Assembly: GCA_965222605.1 (NCBI GenBank)
Contig: OZ244960.1
Location: 96,001 to 160,000, forward strand
Length of the DNA stretch: 64,000 nt
Origin: Candidatus Latescibacterota bacterium
GTDB lineage: Bacteria; Latescibacterota; UBA2968
Direction of reading: 5' to 3'
Positions within the stretch are counted from its first letter, which is position 1, and every line of letters begins with the position of its first letter. Below the pieces are notes generated by a model. It worked only from the letters and a program-made list of their open reading frames with translations. It ran no database searches and was not told the origin of the DNA. Positions 9,666 to 19,620 of the stretch are shown here, in pieces. The translations under genes and the position numbers were made by a program.

Positions 9666-10537
9666 TGCGATCCCCGCCAACCGATATCAATACTCGTGTA
9701 CCCATCTGTATATCGCTTCAAATGATCCGGTATATTTTTCAAAAACCACCGGCCCGACTCCGGTATCTCCCACGGAATATCAATCCTGTGATTGCGATCT
9801 CTAAACCCAATCGCACACGAAAGGCGCGTCTCGTCCAACCGATTGTGAAATGCCCCGTGGTACGTACGGTGGGCAAACACAATCATATCTCCCCCATTTG
9901 TGAACAGAGGCACCAGCCCCGGAATATCAAATCCCGCGTAGCGGTGTTCTTCATTGCCTTCGGGATAAAATGAGCGTCGGTCCGCAGTCATCTTAAATCC
10001 CTCAGGGCCTTCCCAGCCCTCCACATGAGAATCTTCGATCACGCACAGACCACCGTGAACCGGACGCGACCCTGTCAGATAAAACCACTTGCCCGACGGC
10101 CAGAGTCCGCGATTCAACACATCGCCCGAGTTCAAGACTTTATTGGAAAAACCACACCAATCCGTGTGCCACCCCACGGGCTGAGACCCCGACATGCGAA
10201 TAATCGCAGCAGAGCGATGGACGGTCAGACCATCTGTACCGATCAAATACCGGTGAATATCCATAAATGGCTCGTATTCCAAAAGTTCCCAGGCACCCGG
10301 TCCAGATTCGATCCACGCATGTCGCGTGCGACTCTGCCCACGCTCTATCGTCCCGTCTGGATCGGTGCCGTCATACACTGCCTGTTTGAGTTTTTCGACA
10401 ATCTCATCTGGCAACACGTCTTTAATAATCGCAAACCCGTGTGCCTCCAGACATTCGGACATTGCATCGAGTTCATCTGTCGCAAACTCATAGCGATAGC
10501 CCAAATCGGGCTTTTTAATATGTGAGTAGTCTGCCAT
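9662..10537 (-). CDS. Phytanoyl-CoA dioxygenase (PhyH) family Fe(II)/2OG oxygenase
   Basis: WHTD, GGLCVIEDSH, GDMIVF....HG, R motifs. Confidence 0.82.
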   Translation of the reverse strand: MADYSHIKKPDLGYRYEFATDELDAMSECLEAHGFAIIKDVLPDEIVEKLKQAVYDGTDPDGTIERGQSRTRHAWIESGPGAWELLEYEPFMDIHRYLIGTDGLTVHRSAAIIRMSGSQPVGWHTDWCGFSNKVLNSGDVLNRGLWPSGKWFYLTGSRPVHGGLCVIEDSHVEGWEGPEGFKMTADRRSFYPEGNEEHRYAGFDIPGLVPLFTNGGDMIVFAHRTYHGAFHNRLDETRLSCAIGFRDRNHRIDIPWEIPESGRWFLKNIPDHLKRYTDGYTSIDIGWRGSQ

Positions 10538-10612
10538 CTTTTCCTCCATTGATCGCGGATGAAGCAGAAGCACCGCCCCTGTGTTCATACTGGACTGCTT
10601 CTCTCACCTTCT

Positions 10613-10642
10613 ATCTGCGTTCATCTGTGTTTATCGGTGGTT
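10613..10642. repeat. Short intergenic 10-bp-period repeat (ATCTGCGTTC-ATCTGTGTTT-ATCGGTGGTT)
   Basis: Three imperfect tandem decamers between genes. Confidence 0.5.
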
Positions 10643-10653
10643 GCTTTTGCACC

Positions 10654-11667
10654 TTACCCAGGTGGATCAGAAGACAGGGCATTTCCATCTGTCACCTGGC
10701 ACCCGGCTAACAACACTTCTTGCACGGTCAAATCGTGTGCCTGAGAATAATCCGGTTCTTTCTCGCCATTCATGCACGCCCTCACCTCCCTCAACAGCGT
10801 TGGAAAACTATCGGGAGGTTCAATCTCCAATTCTTGCCAGCCGCTCTGATACCCTTCGGCTTCCTCTTCCAAACACAAACTCAGATTATTGGAGCCAATA
10901 GGCGCGTGAATCGCTGTTCCCGCCGTCCCATGCACTTCAATCCGCCGCGCCATACCCACCTGCATGGCGGCCATGTCAATCGTGCCCAGGCCGCGTTCAA
11001 AATCGTGTACCACAACCGCATTGTCAACGACGACTCGCTTGCCGTAATGTTTTCGAAGAATGGGATGCACATCTGTCGGGAGACCCATCAGAGCCACCAT
11101 AATATCTATGAGATGACCCGCCATTTCAAAATAAATCCCTCCGTGATAAATGCCGTTCTCCTCTTCCAATTCAGTGCGCCAACTGTGGGGCTTTGGGATA
11201 TGCCCGCGGTAAGCGTAAATATCACCCAACACACCCAGCTTCGCCAATCGAATAATCTCGTGAACGCCCGGGTTATAACGCCACATATAAGCCAAATTGA
11301 GTACCAGTTGTTTGTCCGATGCCATTTTTTGGATGCGCTTAAACTGGTCCAGATTAACACCCGCGGGCTTTTCCAGCAATACGTGCTTGCCTGCGGTGAG
11401 TGCTCGTTCGGCATAATCCAAATTCTGATAGACATGCCCTTCTACAATAACAGCATCGACCTCACTGTTTAAAACAGCGTCAACCGAATCGAAAACGGGA
11501 ATATCCAGACCCTCTTCCTCGCTCTTTTCCTGCCGAATCGCAATCACTTCGGGATCGGGATCGTACATGCCAATGAACTGAACCTCATCGGGCGATCGCG
11601 CAGCTTCGCGCAAGTGCATACCCGTATGACTGTGCCAGCAACCTAAAAATGCAACTTTTAATGCCAT
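10654..11667 (-). CDS. Gfo/Idh/MocA family oxidoreductase
   Basis: Rossmann N-terminus, AGKHVLLEKP, GHLID. Confidence 0.92.
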   Translation of the reverse strand: MALKVAFLGCWHSHTGMHLREAARSPDEVQFIGMYDPDPEVIAIRQEKSEEEGLDIPVFDSVDAVLNSEVDAVIVEGHVYQNLDYAERALTAGKHVLLEKPAGVNLDQFKRIQKMASDKQLVLNLAYMWRYNPGVHEIIRLAKLGVLGDIYAYRGHIPKPHSWRTELEEENGIYHGGIYFEMAGHLIDIMVALMGLPTDVHPILRKHYGKRVVVDNAVVVHDFERGLGTIDMAAMQVGMARRIEVHGTAGTAIHAPIGSNNLSLCLEEEAEGYQSGWQELEIEPPDSFPTLLREVRACMNGEKEPDYSQAHDLTVQEVLLAGCQVTDGNALSSDPPG

Positions 11668-11681
11668 TGAAAACTCCTTTT

Positions 11682-14363
11682 CTATTTCACCTCAAAATCA
11701 CCCGGGCCAACCGCGTGTTGTTCCACACCCCCATCTCGAATGGTCACAAACGCCGATGTCCGAATCTGCAACTGTACTGTGCCCTCAATCTCTCGAAGCG
11801 GAAAAAAGCAATGCGCCATTCCCGTATTTGTAATGCGAAAACCGGGATCGTCTTCGAGAATGACCTTCTCTCCCTCCGCGTGTTGAACGCGCAACCCGCG
11901 CGTGGTGCCATCGCCAAATGTCACCACAGCAACAGCTCCATCTATCTCATCCATTTCGGTTGTGCCACTCACGACCAATGCATGGTACGGCGCACCATCC
12001 TGTATTCGCAATACATCTGTGACCTGCCCCATAAGGATTCCACCACCTGTTAATTGCGCGGTTTGCCATTGTATCTTCTCTCCGCCCCATAAACCCATAA
12101 CTCGCGCCTCCCCATTCTGTTCGCGCACAAAACCGACTTCGCCTTGAAATGTGAGATCGTCAGCACGAAAGACTTCTGTGCCGGGTTGCAGAACAATGTG
12201 GTCCGTAACCCCCCGGTGGCGCACTTTCAGGTACACGCCGCGCTCGCCAATATCCTCTACCTCAACGGAATCGATAAACGCCTTATCCCGAAACGGTTCG
12301 TGGATAGCCAGGAATCGACTGGGTGATTGACCTTTTTGTCGAACCATCAACATGGGCATGCGAAAGCGATCGAGTAGCGGTTCGTCTTCGTCTGCACGCC
12401 GCACAGAGGGCGCGTCCCCTACAAAAAGTTCGCTATCCGCCAGTCCCACAAGATGAATACGCACGGCAACGGCATCATCCCCATGAAATGTGACACGCGC
12501 ATTCTCTGCCCCCCTGTTCTGCAACACATTCTGGAAAAATGCAAGCGCGACATTCCGCCCTTCTGCGTCTCCATCGTCGCGTTCGTGTTCTGGAAATCGC
12601 ACCTTCACACCCGGCAAAAGATTTTCACCATAGTGTTGCAAAGGCACATTGGCCTCTACCCGCATATCGCCATCCGCACTTCCGTGCATAACCCAATCGC
12701 GCTGATCTCCGCCCCGAACGCGGAAGAGGTCAACCACATAGTGATCCTCTCCCCCCGCATTTACAAGCATGACCAGTCGCCGATATTCTTCGGCAAGTTC
12801 GGGATACACATCCTCCCCACTCGCTTCCACCCATTGCACCGCGTCATAAGCGGCTTCAAAAGCCAGTAGAGAACCGTCTGTTATGTCCCTTCTATCGGTG
12901 TGCTGCTCTTTTTCATCGATCAATACGGTATTGTGACACAAGGTACTCGCTGCCCAGCTTCGATATCGGGTATGGGTATAGCCCACGTCGGAGAGCAGTT
13001 CCTGCCCCCTGGCAAAAAGCATCAAGTTCAAATTGTCCGCATGGGCATGCCCATAAGCCCCCGAAAAGTGTAGATGCACCTGCACTTGATGTTCGCCCTT
13101 CCCCCTCCCCAACCACGCATGCCCAACACCCGGCAGCAGTGTCGCATGCGATTGTTCAAGCGGTTTCACATTTGGATCAACCCGCCGACTATCCAACCGC
13201 GCCCAGGCATCGTGTATTGGAATCCATCGTCCATCGGGATATCTGCAAATATCCAGAAGCCGATTTGCCTTTCTCACAATATCAATATCGCGCTCCAAAT
13301 CGAGATTATCGTATCGCACCCCATCATCCGACACATAACCCAATGGGTCGGAATACCCCTTTAGCGCATCAAAAACCCCCTGCATACCGGCCATTGTCAT
13401 CCGGTGGTACCCCAAACTGCCTTCATGCCAAAATCCATCCGCATAAAATTGACGCTCAAACAGCCCGAGACTGCGTCGAATGGCTTCGTGTACGAGTTCT
13501 GGATCATTTAGAACGCGACCAATTACCGCATACCCGACATAAATCCGAGGGCTTGCATTGCCATAAGTAATCTCTTGAAAACCTTCCTGGCGAATGGCTC
13601 CGCAAAAAAAATCGTCCTCAATCCGCTGCTTGACATCAACCCCAATCGCATCGGACAATCGCTCCAGTTCACCACTTGTATAAATCGCATCATAAGCCCT
13701 GGCCAGATTGGTCGGCATTTCATCTGCGCGCCACCGCCCCCACTTTCCCCCAAAATTTGGATAGGGTGGTTCAAACACAAATCCCTTTTGTTCGTGTGCC
13801 CGATCATAACTCACCAGAAAACCCGGATAATACCGCGCAAATGCATCCAGAATCAGTGCCGCGCGCCGCGCATACGCCACATCACCAGTCGCCTGGTACA
13901 ACTGCCCCAAATCTTCGGCGATCGCCGCAAAATACACACGCGCTTCCCGCCACGCCTTTGCCTGGAAATGATACCGATATCCCGTCTCATCTTCCCAAAA
14001 CGGATATGTCGCTGTCTCCCCCACCGGGTTGACGACCATCAGCACCTGATCATCGGGATACGTCTCATTGGGAAACACCGCCTCACAATAGCGACACTGC
14101 ACGTGATGTGGATCTTTAATTGACCATCGCAACTGTCCCTCTTGAGCTCCCGCATCGCAATCGGGACATCCCACAAATCGAAATCCCGTCTTATCGGGGA
14201 TCAGCGCCACCAACTCCGCTTCGGAAAGTGCCATTACTAACCGCACGCGCCGCTTCAAACGCGCGACTTCCTTCTCGGTTAAGCTCACCTGATAAACCGG
14301 ATGTTCACTGGCTTGCATAGCCGACACTCCTGTAAAAATTTGGATTGTAATCAGAATAAGCAT
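11682..14363 (-). CDS. Heparinase II/III family (polysaccharide lyase-like) secreted protein
   Basis: Signal-like N-terminus, DGFWHEGSLGYH, GHAHADNLNL, DVGY, HNTVLID; CPDC..CRYC insert; start uncertain. Confidence 0.82.
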   Translation of the reverse strand: MLILITIQIFTGVSAMQASEHPVYQVSLTEKEVARLKRRVRLVMALSEAELVALIPDKTGFRFVGCPDCDAGAQEGQLRWSIKDPHHVQCRYCEAVFPNETYPDDQVLMVVNPVGETATYPFWEDETGYRYHFQAKAWREARVYFAAIAEDLGQLYQATGDVAYARRAALILDAFARYYPGFLVSYDRAHEQKGFVFEPPYPNFGGKWGRWRADEMPTNLARAYDAIYTSGELERLSDAIGVDVKQRIEDDFFCGAIRQEGFQEITYGNASPRIYVGYAVIGRVLNDPELVHEAIRRSLGLFERQFYADGFWHEGSLGYHRMTMAGMQGVFDALKGYSDPLGYVSDDGVRYDNLDLERDIDIVRKANRLLDICRYPDGRWIPIHDAWARLDSRRVDPNVKPLEQSHATLLPGVGHAWLGRGKGEHQVQVHLHFSGAYGHAHADNLNLMLFARGQELLSDVGYTHTRYRSWAASTLCHNTVLIDEKEQHTDRRDITDGSLLAFEAAYDAVQWVEASGEDVYPELAEEYRRLVMLVNAGGEDHYVVDLFRVRGGDQRDWVMHGSADGDMRVEANVPLQHYGENLLPGVKVRFPEHERDDGDAEGRNVALAFFQNVLQNRGAENARVTFHGDDAVAVRIHLVGLADSELFVGDAPSVRRADEDEPLLDRFRMPMLMVRQKGQSPSRFLAIHEPFRDKAFIDSVEVEDIGERGVYLKVRHRGVTDHIVLQPGTEVFRADDLTFQGEVGFVREQNGEARVMGLWGGEKIQWQTAQLTGGGILMGQVTDVLRIQDGAPYHALVVSGTTEMDEIDGAVAVVTFGDGTTRGLRVQHAEGEKVILEDDPGFRITNTGMAHCFFPLREIEGTVQLQIRTSAFVTIRDGGVEQHAVGPGDFEVK

Positions 14364-14436
14364 GCGTATTGATATTGACAGCCATCCACCGGTATTCTGC
14401 CATTGCAATAGACATCGGAGCATTGAAAGTACCCAT

Positions 14437-14934
14437 TTAAAGAAGTTCGCTAATATTCTGAACAGGTGAAAAGTATCCTGCATCAACCATAGCTTGAAGA
14501 ACAGCATCAGCCGCTTGGGGTGTTAATATCTCATCACGGCAACACACTTTGAGAATACCAATTGTTCCCGTAAATTGCACATTCCGTTCTACACAACAGT
14601 CTCTGGCAGCCTTATCATCTGTAGCGACAATTCCACCACGGCTTTGCACACAGGCAATACAGGAAGCTTCGCCCGGTGACAAGATTCGCAATAAATCACG
14701 AAATATTTCTCTTTCCCGACCTTTCAAAATGTCCGCTTGAGCAAACACACCTGTCCTGACAGCATCTTCTATTTCTCGCAATGCATGATATCCTTCCATA
14801 ATACCATCGGTAATTTCATCCAAAACAGGAGATGTAATCTGAATCCTGGAACCATAACGCGCGATCAGCAAATCCAGATGGTTTGTCAGTGCAAAATTGC
14901 ATAATGTCACTGTGTCAAAGTAATAATGAGACAT
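14437..14934 (-). CDS. PIN-domain toxin (DUF3368-like)
   Basis: FDTVTL.NF, LSPGEASCIA, TDDKAAR, GTIGIL motifs. Confidence 0.82.
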   Translation of the reverse strand: MSHYYFDTVTLCNFALTNHLDLLIARYGSRIQITSPVLDEITDGIMEGYHALREIEDAVRTGVFAQADILKGREREIFRDLLRILSPGEASCIACVQSRGGIVATDDKAARDCCVERNVQFTGTIGILKVCCRDEILTPQAADAVLQAMVDAGYFSPVQNISELL

Positions 14935-14938
14935 ATCT

Positions 14939-15253
14939 TCAAGCATTGGCGGTATCCTCATCGGCATACGCACTATTCTGATCAATCCCATGTTCCTTGA
15001 GCCACTGCCTCAATTGTAAAATGTGCATTCCCATCACACGCGCCAGTTTACCAAGGCTAATGAATCCACCTTGATAAGCTACAAGTGCCTGGCTTTGATG
15101 CAGGGGCAGATCGACAAATGAAATTTGGTAACATGCCGAAAGCGCCTCGCGCACGAGTTGGTCTTTGCTTTTACGCCGAGATTTTGCCAACATCTTGAGT
15201 CTCTCATCCATCTCGCTGTCGAGTTTTACATGCAACGTCGTTTCTTGTGCCAT
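14939..15253 (-). CDS. RHH/UPF0175-type antitoxin
   Basis: N-terminal ribbon-helix-helix plus YQGGFISLGKLA; upstream of the PIN gene. Confidence 0.78.
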   Translation of the reverse strand: MAQETTLHVKLDSEMDERLKMLAKSRRKSKDQLVREALSACYQISFVDLPLHQSQALVAYQGGFISLGKLARVMGMHILQLRQWLKEHGIDQNSAYADEDTANA

Positions 15254-15278
15254 GTGTTACCTCCCCAAAATATGTGCA

Positions 15279-15307
15279 TTGACATGATATATACAGTTCT
15301 CTACATT
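15279..15307 (+). promoter_or_regulatory. Sigma70 promoter, probably producing a leaderless mRNA
   Basis: TTGACA-17bp-TACATT with ATG 7 nt downstream. Confidence 0.55.
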
Positions 15308-15314
15308 GTGCCAT

Positions 15315-15611
15315 ATGGAAATTGACAAACTGAAAAAGCGCCTGCGAAAAAACCGTCCTATGACCATCGTATCTATTCGGTTTCCCGAAGATGTTATCGA
15401 CGATTTAAAGCAAGTTGCACCAATGCTGGGCTTCTCCGGATACCAACCACTCATTCGAGCTTACGTCGGTCAGGGCTTGCGTGTGGATCTTGAACGCTTA
15501 GATCAGGAACTTCTACCCGCTTTGGTTAATAACTTAAAAAAACGCGGTATCAGTGAAGCAATAATCACCGAAGCTTTGGCAGAAGCAAGTCGGGAACCAA
15601 AACCGCAATAA
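15315..15611 (+). CDS. RHH-type antitoxin-like protein (BrnA-like)
   Basis: VSIRFPEDVIDDLK...GYQPLIRAYV resembles BrnA/CopG antitoxins. Confidence 0.6.
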   Translation: MEIDKLKKRLRKNRPMTIVSIRFPEDVIDDLKQVAPMLGFSGYQPLIRAYVGQGLRVDLERLDQELLPALVNNLKKRGISEAIITEALAEASREPKPQ

Positions 15612-15643
15612 TTATTACTGTACAAATCATCCCATTTTTGAGC

Positions 15644-15678
15644 AAGCCTCGCAGAATTCTCTGTGAGGCTTTTATTTT
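15644..15678. terminator. Intrinsic terminator between convergent genes
   Basis: AAGCCTCGCAGA-ATTC-TCTGTGAGGCTT followed by a T-run. Confidence 0.7.
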
Positions 15679-16961
15679 ATCTCATCCAAACGCGTTCGGA
15701 ACCCGGGTAAAAAGGCTGTTACCAGGGCGGTTGCAACCATGGCGACACTGGTGTGTAAGCCGAGGGCGGTAGGCGCGCCATAGACTTCGGTGAGTTTGCC
15801 AATTTGCAGGCTGCCAAGCGGTCCTGCGCCAATCGCGAGGACAAGTGTACCCATAGCGCGATCTCTCATGTCATCGCGGGCAGCGATGAGCATAATTGAG
15901 CTTTGCATCACGCTAAAAAACGCATGCCCCAGGCCGGCAAGTATGAGGAGAAAGATGGCGAGTGGAAAGGCAACCGACGTGCCGAATAGGGTAAGCGCAC
16001 CAACCCAGGACGTGCTAAAGGCAAAGACAAACAGCGCGAGGGACTGAAAAACCGATCCAATGGAAAATATCCAGCCACGGCTGAGGCGCGAGCGCAACAC
16101 ACTGACCGCGTAAAGGCCGAAAAATGCACCAATACCATTGCACGCGCCCAGCACGCCGTATTCAAGTGGCCCTTTGTGGAGAATATCGTGTGTAAAAACG
16201 GGCAGGATGGTCTGGTAGGGAAACGCCAAAAAATTCATGATCACAGTAATGAGTAACGTCCCCATAATCGGCTGGCTGGTGCGTATGTATTGCAAGCCTT
16301 CGCGCATCAGCGTCCACGGAGAGGTTTTGAGAATCGCGGGATGACGCGGTACTTTGACGCGAAGCATGATCAGGAATGAGACGAGGGAGATGCAAAAAAT
16401 AGCGAGATAACAGTCCTGTACGCCAAATAAAGCATAAATATATCCACTTAAAAAGGGACCGACCACGCGAGCTATATTTTGGGTAAAGCTTTCGAGCATC
16501 ATCGCTTCAACCGTGCGCTGCTTACCAACAAGATCGGGTACCAGAGCGCGGCGAGCAGTCCAGTTGAGAGACCACGAGAGACCAAATAGCACTGCGCCAA
16601 TCGCAAGATGCCAGAATGCCAGTTGGTTGGTCCAGATCAGCATGCCAATTGTTGCGAGGACCAATACGCTGAGCCACTGCGAGAAAATCACGATGCGAAC
16701 GCGTCCAATGCGATTGATCAATGGCCCGGCGATAAAACCGATGAGCACCAGAGGAATAGATCGGTAAAATCCAATCAGCGCGACATCAAACGCAGAGTGG
16801 GTAATCTCAAAAACGAGCCATCCCACAACAATCATTTCCATCCACATAGCCTGCCACCAGAGCATATTGCTCAGAAGCAGATAGCGAAAGCCGCGATTGT
16901 CCAGGGGGGCAAGGGACCCTCGAAAGGTGATGACAAATTTTCCCATTCTTCTGATGTGCAT
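15672..16961 (-). CDS. MFS transporter
   Basis: About 12 TM helices, G.LINRIGR motif A, ARRALVPDLVG, MRDRAMG. Confidence 0.9.
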   Translation of the reverse strand: MHIRRMGKFVITFRGSLAPLDNRGFRYLLLSNMLWWQAMWMEMIVVGWLVFEITHSAFDVALIGFYRSIPLVLIGFIAGPLINRIGRVRIVIFSQWLSVLVLATIGMLIWTNQLAFWHLAIGAVLFGLSWSLNWTARRALVPDLVGKQRTVEAMMLESFTQNIARVVGPFLSGYIYALFGVQDCYLAIFCISLVSFLIMLRVKVPRHPAILKTSPWTLMREGLQYIRTSQPIMGTLLITVIMNFLAFPYQTILPVFTHDILHKGPLEYGVLGACNGIGAFFGLYAVSVLRSRLSRGWIFSIGSVFQSLALFVFAFSTSWVGALTLFGTSVAFPLAIFLLILAGLGHAFFSVMQSSIMLIAARDDMRDRAMGTLVLAIGAGPLGSLQIGKLTEVYGAPTALGLHTSVAMVATALVTAFLPGFRTRLDEIK

Positions 16962-17037
16962 GGCCGAGTTTCAAACCCAAAATAATCCAATATTCAGAGC
17001 GCGGAGGATATCATCTATCGCGACAGCCTCTGCTCTT

Positions 17038-17610
17038 TTACCGCCCAATTTCAAAATCACGCGCCACCGCCCGTGCCATAGTCACGAGCACATCGCCATC
17101 GATACGCACGCGATAATTGGGATTGATATATTGAAATTGGATCTTGCGATCGGGGGCGATAACAAAGACCGATGGCACGGGTAAAGCGCGTTTTCTATTA
17201 TTCATAAACGCAACGCCATAAGCCTTTGCTGCCTCAAATTCCACATCCGATAATAGCGTAAACTCGAGACCCACGCGATCGCGCACCTCAGCCAATTTTT
17301 CAGGCCGATCGGGCGCAATAGCAATAATTTCAAACCCCAAACTGTCCAACTGTGACTTCAGTTCCTGCAGTCGTCCCAACTGCCGTCGGCAATGCGGTCA
17401 CCAGTATCCGCGATAAAAAATCAAAATCGTCGGCTTTTTGTGCGCGCCCAGGTCAAGCTCTCGTCCATTCGCATCAGCGAGCGTCAGCGCGGGAACTTCA
17501 TCTCCAACCATCAGGGGCTGCACTTTATTGGGTGCATCGGGCAATTGCGCGTGCCCCCACCCAAAAGTACCAAACACCACCAGCAACGCGATCCAGATTA
17601 TTTTTTTCAT
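17038..17610 (-). CDS. Secreted peroxiredoxin-like (AhpC/TSA) selenoprotein, UxxC
   Basis: ORFs 17398-17610 and 17038-17379 are in frame: ...FYRGYW-TGA-PHCRRQLGRLQE...; TGA lies at the first Cys of the FYRGxWCPxC motif; downstream SECIS-like hairpin. Confidence 0.85.
17367..17383 (-). promoter_or_regulatory. Putative bacterial SECIS hairpin
   Basis: GCAGUUG-GGA-CGACUGC, G-containing loop about 21 nt after the in-frame UGA. Confidence 0.6.
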
Positions 17611-17639
17611 AAAGCCTCCTCTATATTACATAATAAACA

Positions 17640-19115
17640 TTACAATGAGAGAATCTTACTTATCTTTCCCGGCTGCGCCCAGTTGCATTTTCCCTCTCCG
17701 TTGAGTTGTCTCAACAAAATGGGAATACCTGGATGTTGCAGTGCAGAGCAAATCCGCTTCGCATCGGCCCTGTTCCAACAAGGGACAAACGCCTGCATAG
17801 CTTGATTCGCCTGCCACACCTGCCCCTCCGCGCTATTTAAGATCACCGGATGGAAATGGCTCTTGCCATAAGCCTCCCAAATAACCTTGTAAGGTGCAAA
17901 AGAATACGGGCCAACGCCGAGCAGCGACCACCAGACACCTTTGGCAATGGCAGATCGGATCAAGGTACCTCTCCGACCTTCAAGTTTGTCTCTAACCTCG
18001 GTGAGATAGTGTCTGAGTTCGGCATATTGCTCAATGCTAGCCCACGAAAGCGGTCGTCCTGTATTTCTATTATACGGAAGTAAAACCCATTTATGCGAGA
18101 CCATGTCTCCATTTTTCCATATCTCCTTTGTTGCAAGCGGAAAGAGAAATTCCCCAGGCAGATGCTTTGGCTTATCCTCGAACATGAAAATCGCATTTGC
18201 ACCACACGTATTCACGCCCTGGCGCGGTTTCTGGTCTGGAGACAGTTTGACTTTAATGGGGCTATCGAGATCCGCAGTATCTCCGTGTTGAAGAATCCGC
18301 CACTGATCGTCAGGTGACTTGAGAGGAACCGCACGGTGCTCGATCCAGTTCCCACTGCGCTCTCTGAAATACCTGACGGGGAATTTATGCGGCACATCCA
18401 TGCAAAACCTGACACAGCAATAAGATGTACCTACCCCTTCGAACACCTTTGTCGCGGTAAACTCACAGACCTCATCCACTGCAAATCTCCGACTGCTGGC
18501 AATGTAATCCCTGAATCCCCTGTGAGCATCACCAAAAAAAAGAGAAAGCGGCAGGTAAAAACATCCGACCCCGTCCTTCCGCAACAACTTGCCCAGAACG
18601 ACCTTCAACACCAGAGCCGCTATATCGGTGCGCGAGGAACCGAGAAGAACCTGTTTTTTATCGGGAACCAGGCCCTCTGAAGCAAAATAAGGTTTGAGTC
18701 TTCCTTTGTATGAATCGGACAAATTCGTGAAATTTGCCCACGGCGGATTGCCAAACAGGATATCGTACTCGGCATTCGGGGGATCTGTAATTACATCTAA
18801 AGCGAGAAGCTGCGATGAGGGGAAATCAATCTCAAATTTCTGACGCGCTTTAAGCTGAAACGCCTGAAGATGTGACGCATGGACCTCGATCAAACTCAAC
18901 CGGGAAAGAAGATCTGGCGACACCCGCACACCTCTCGCTCTGGCGAGACGGAACAGCGCGAACGCGAAAGCACCCTGTCCCGCAGTCGGGTCACAAATAG
19001 ACGCCCCCTCAATCCACGCATCGAAAATACCCCACCGCTCGATAAGCCATTCTGCCCATTTAAGCGGAGTAAAAATCTGTCCGACCTCAATACCGTGCAA
19101 ATTGCATACAGACAT
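17640..19115 (-). CDS. N6-adenine DNA methyltransferase (gamma class)
   Basis: GQIFTP, CDPTAGQGAF (motif I), GNPPW (motif IV), C-terminal TRD-like region. Confidence 0.88.
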   Translation of the reverse strand: MSVCNLHGIEVGQIFTPLKWAEWLIERWGIFDAWIEGASICDPTAGQGAFAFALFRLARARGVRVSPDLLSRLSLIEVHASHLQAFQLKARQKFEIDFPSSQLLALDVITDPPNAEYDILFGNPPWANFTNLSDSYKGRLKPYFASEGLVPDKKQVLLGSSRTDIAALVLKVVLGKLLRKDGVGCFYLPLSLFFGDAHRGFRDYIASSRRFAVDEVCEFTATKVFEGVGTSYCCVRFCMDVPHKFPVRYFRERSGNWIEHRAVPLKSPDDQWRILQHGDTADLDSPIKVKLSPDQKPRQGVNTCGANAIFMFEDKPKHLPGEFLFPLATKEIWKNGDMVSHKWVLLPYNRNTGRPLSWASIEQYAELRHYLTEVRDKLEGRRGTLIRSAIAKGVWWSLLGVGPYSFAPYKVIWEAYGKSHFHPVILNSAEGQVWQANQAMQAFVPCWNRADAKRICSALQHPGIPILLRQLNGEGKCNWAQPGKISKILSL

Positions 19116-19260
19116 CCTTCTCAACCCATTCCAGTGCAGCGAGTTATGTCAAATATCTGACAACTGACCTTCAACTTAACCAAATACTGTCTTTGGATCC
19201 ATTTTTCCTTTGAAATCACATATCGCATTTATACACACCTGTTTGTCAAGATTCAATCCG

Positions 19261-19289
19261 ATTATACCCGCCTGACAAACACCTGTCAA
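19261..19289 (-). promoter_or_regulatory. Consensus sigma70 promoter facing the methyltransferase
   Basis: Minus strand TTGACA-17bp-TATAAT. Confidence 0.75.
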
Positions 19290-19353
19290 CCGATTTGTGT
19301 CAATGAAACGCGTAAATATCTCATGCCATCGGTTATTCTCAACCTGTCCAGTT

Positions 19354-19396
19354 AAAAAAAGACGGCACTGGCAATATCCTTCACCAGTGCCGCCTT
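19354..19396 (-). terminator. Intrinsic terminator
   Basis: AAGGCGGCACTGG-loop-CCAGTGCCGTC-TTTTTTT. Confidence 0.8.
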
Positions 19397-19499
19397 CGCA
19401 CGATTGGCACCCGGGGGTGGTACCAATCATGACAGAGAACCACTATTACTGACTATTAGTGACCTCTGTAACGGCTATGTTGTACGCACCGAGGTCCGT
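19354..19499 (-). ncRNA. Putative sigma54-dependent small RNA (~145 nt)
   Basis: Sigma54 promoter immediately upstream, consecutive hairpins with G-U pairs on the minus strand, ending in an intrinsic terminator with U7. Confidence 0.65.
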
Positions 19500-19508
19500 T
19501 TCATCTAT

Positions 19509-19524
19509 TGCAACATGTGTGCCA
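19509..19524 (-). promoter_or_regulatory. Sigma54 -24/-12 promoter
   Basis: Minus strand TGGCACA-CATG-TTGCA matches TGGCACR-N4-TTGCW. Confidence 0.8.
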
Positions 19525-19620
19525 ATATGATTTGCTTCAAATAATTATATTTATAAGATATTATTTTTAATTGGGATAGAAGAAAAAATAAAAAAACTGA
19601 ATTTTATATAGTGCCTTTTT

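Noticed and set aside
17379-17400. Frameshift or pseudogene in the peroxiredoxin-like gene
   Set aside because: Both parts are in the same frame and the single TGA lies at the redox Cys position.
19176-19430. 84-aa Cys-rich ORF on the minus strand
   Set aside because: No RBS; it runs through a strong terminator and a perfect promoter; the sRNA interpretation fits better.
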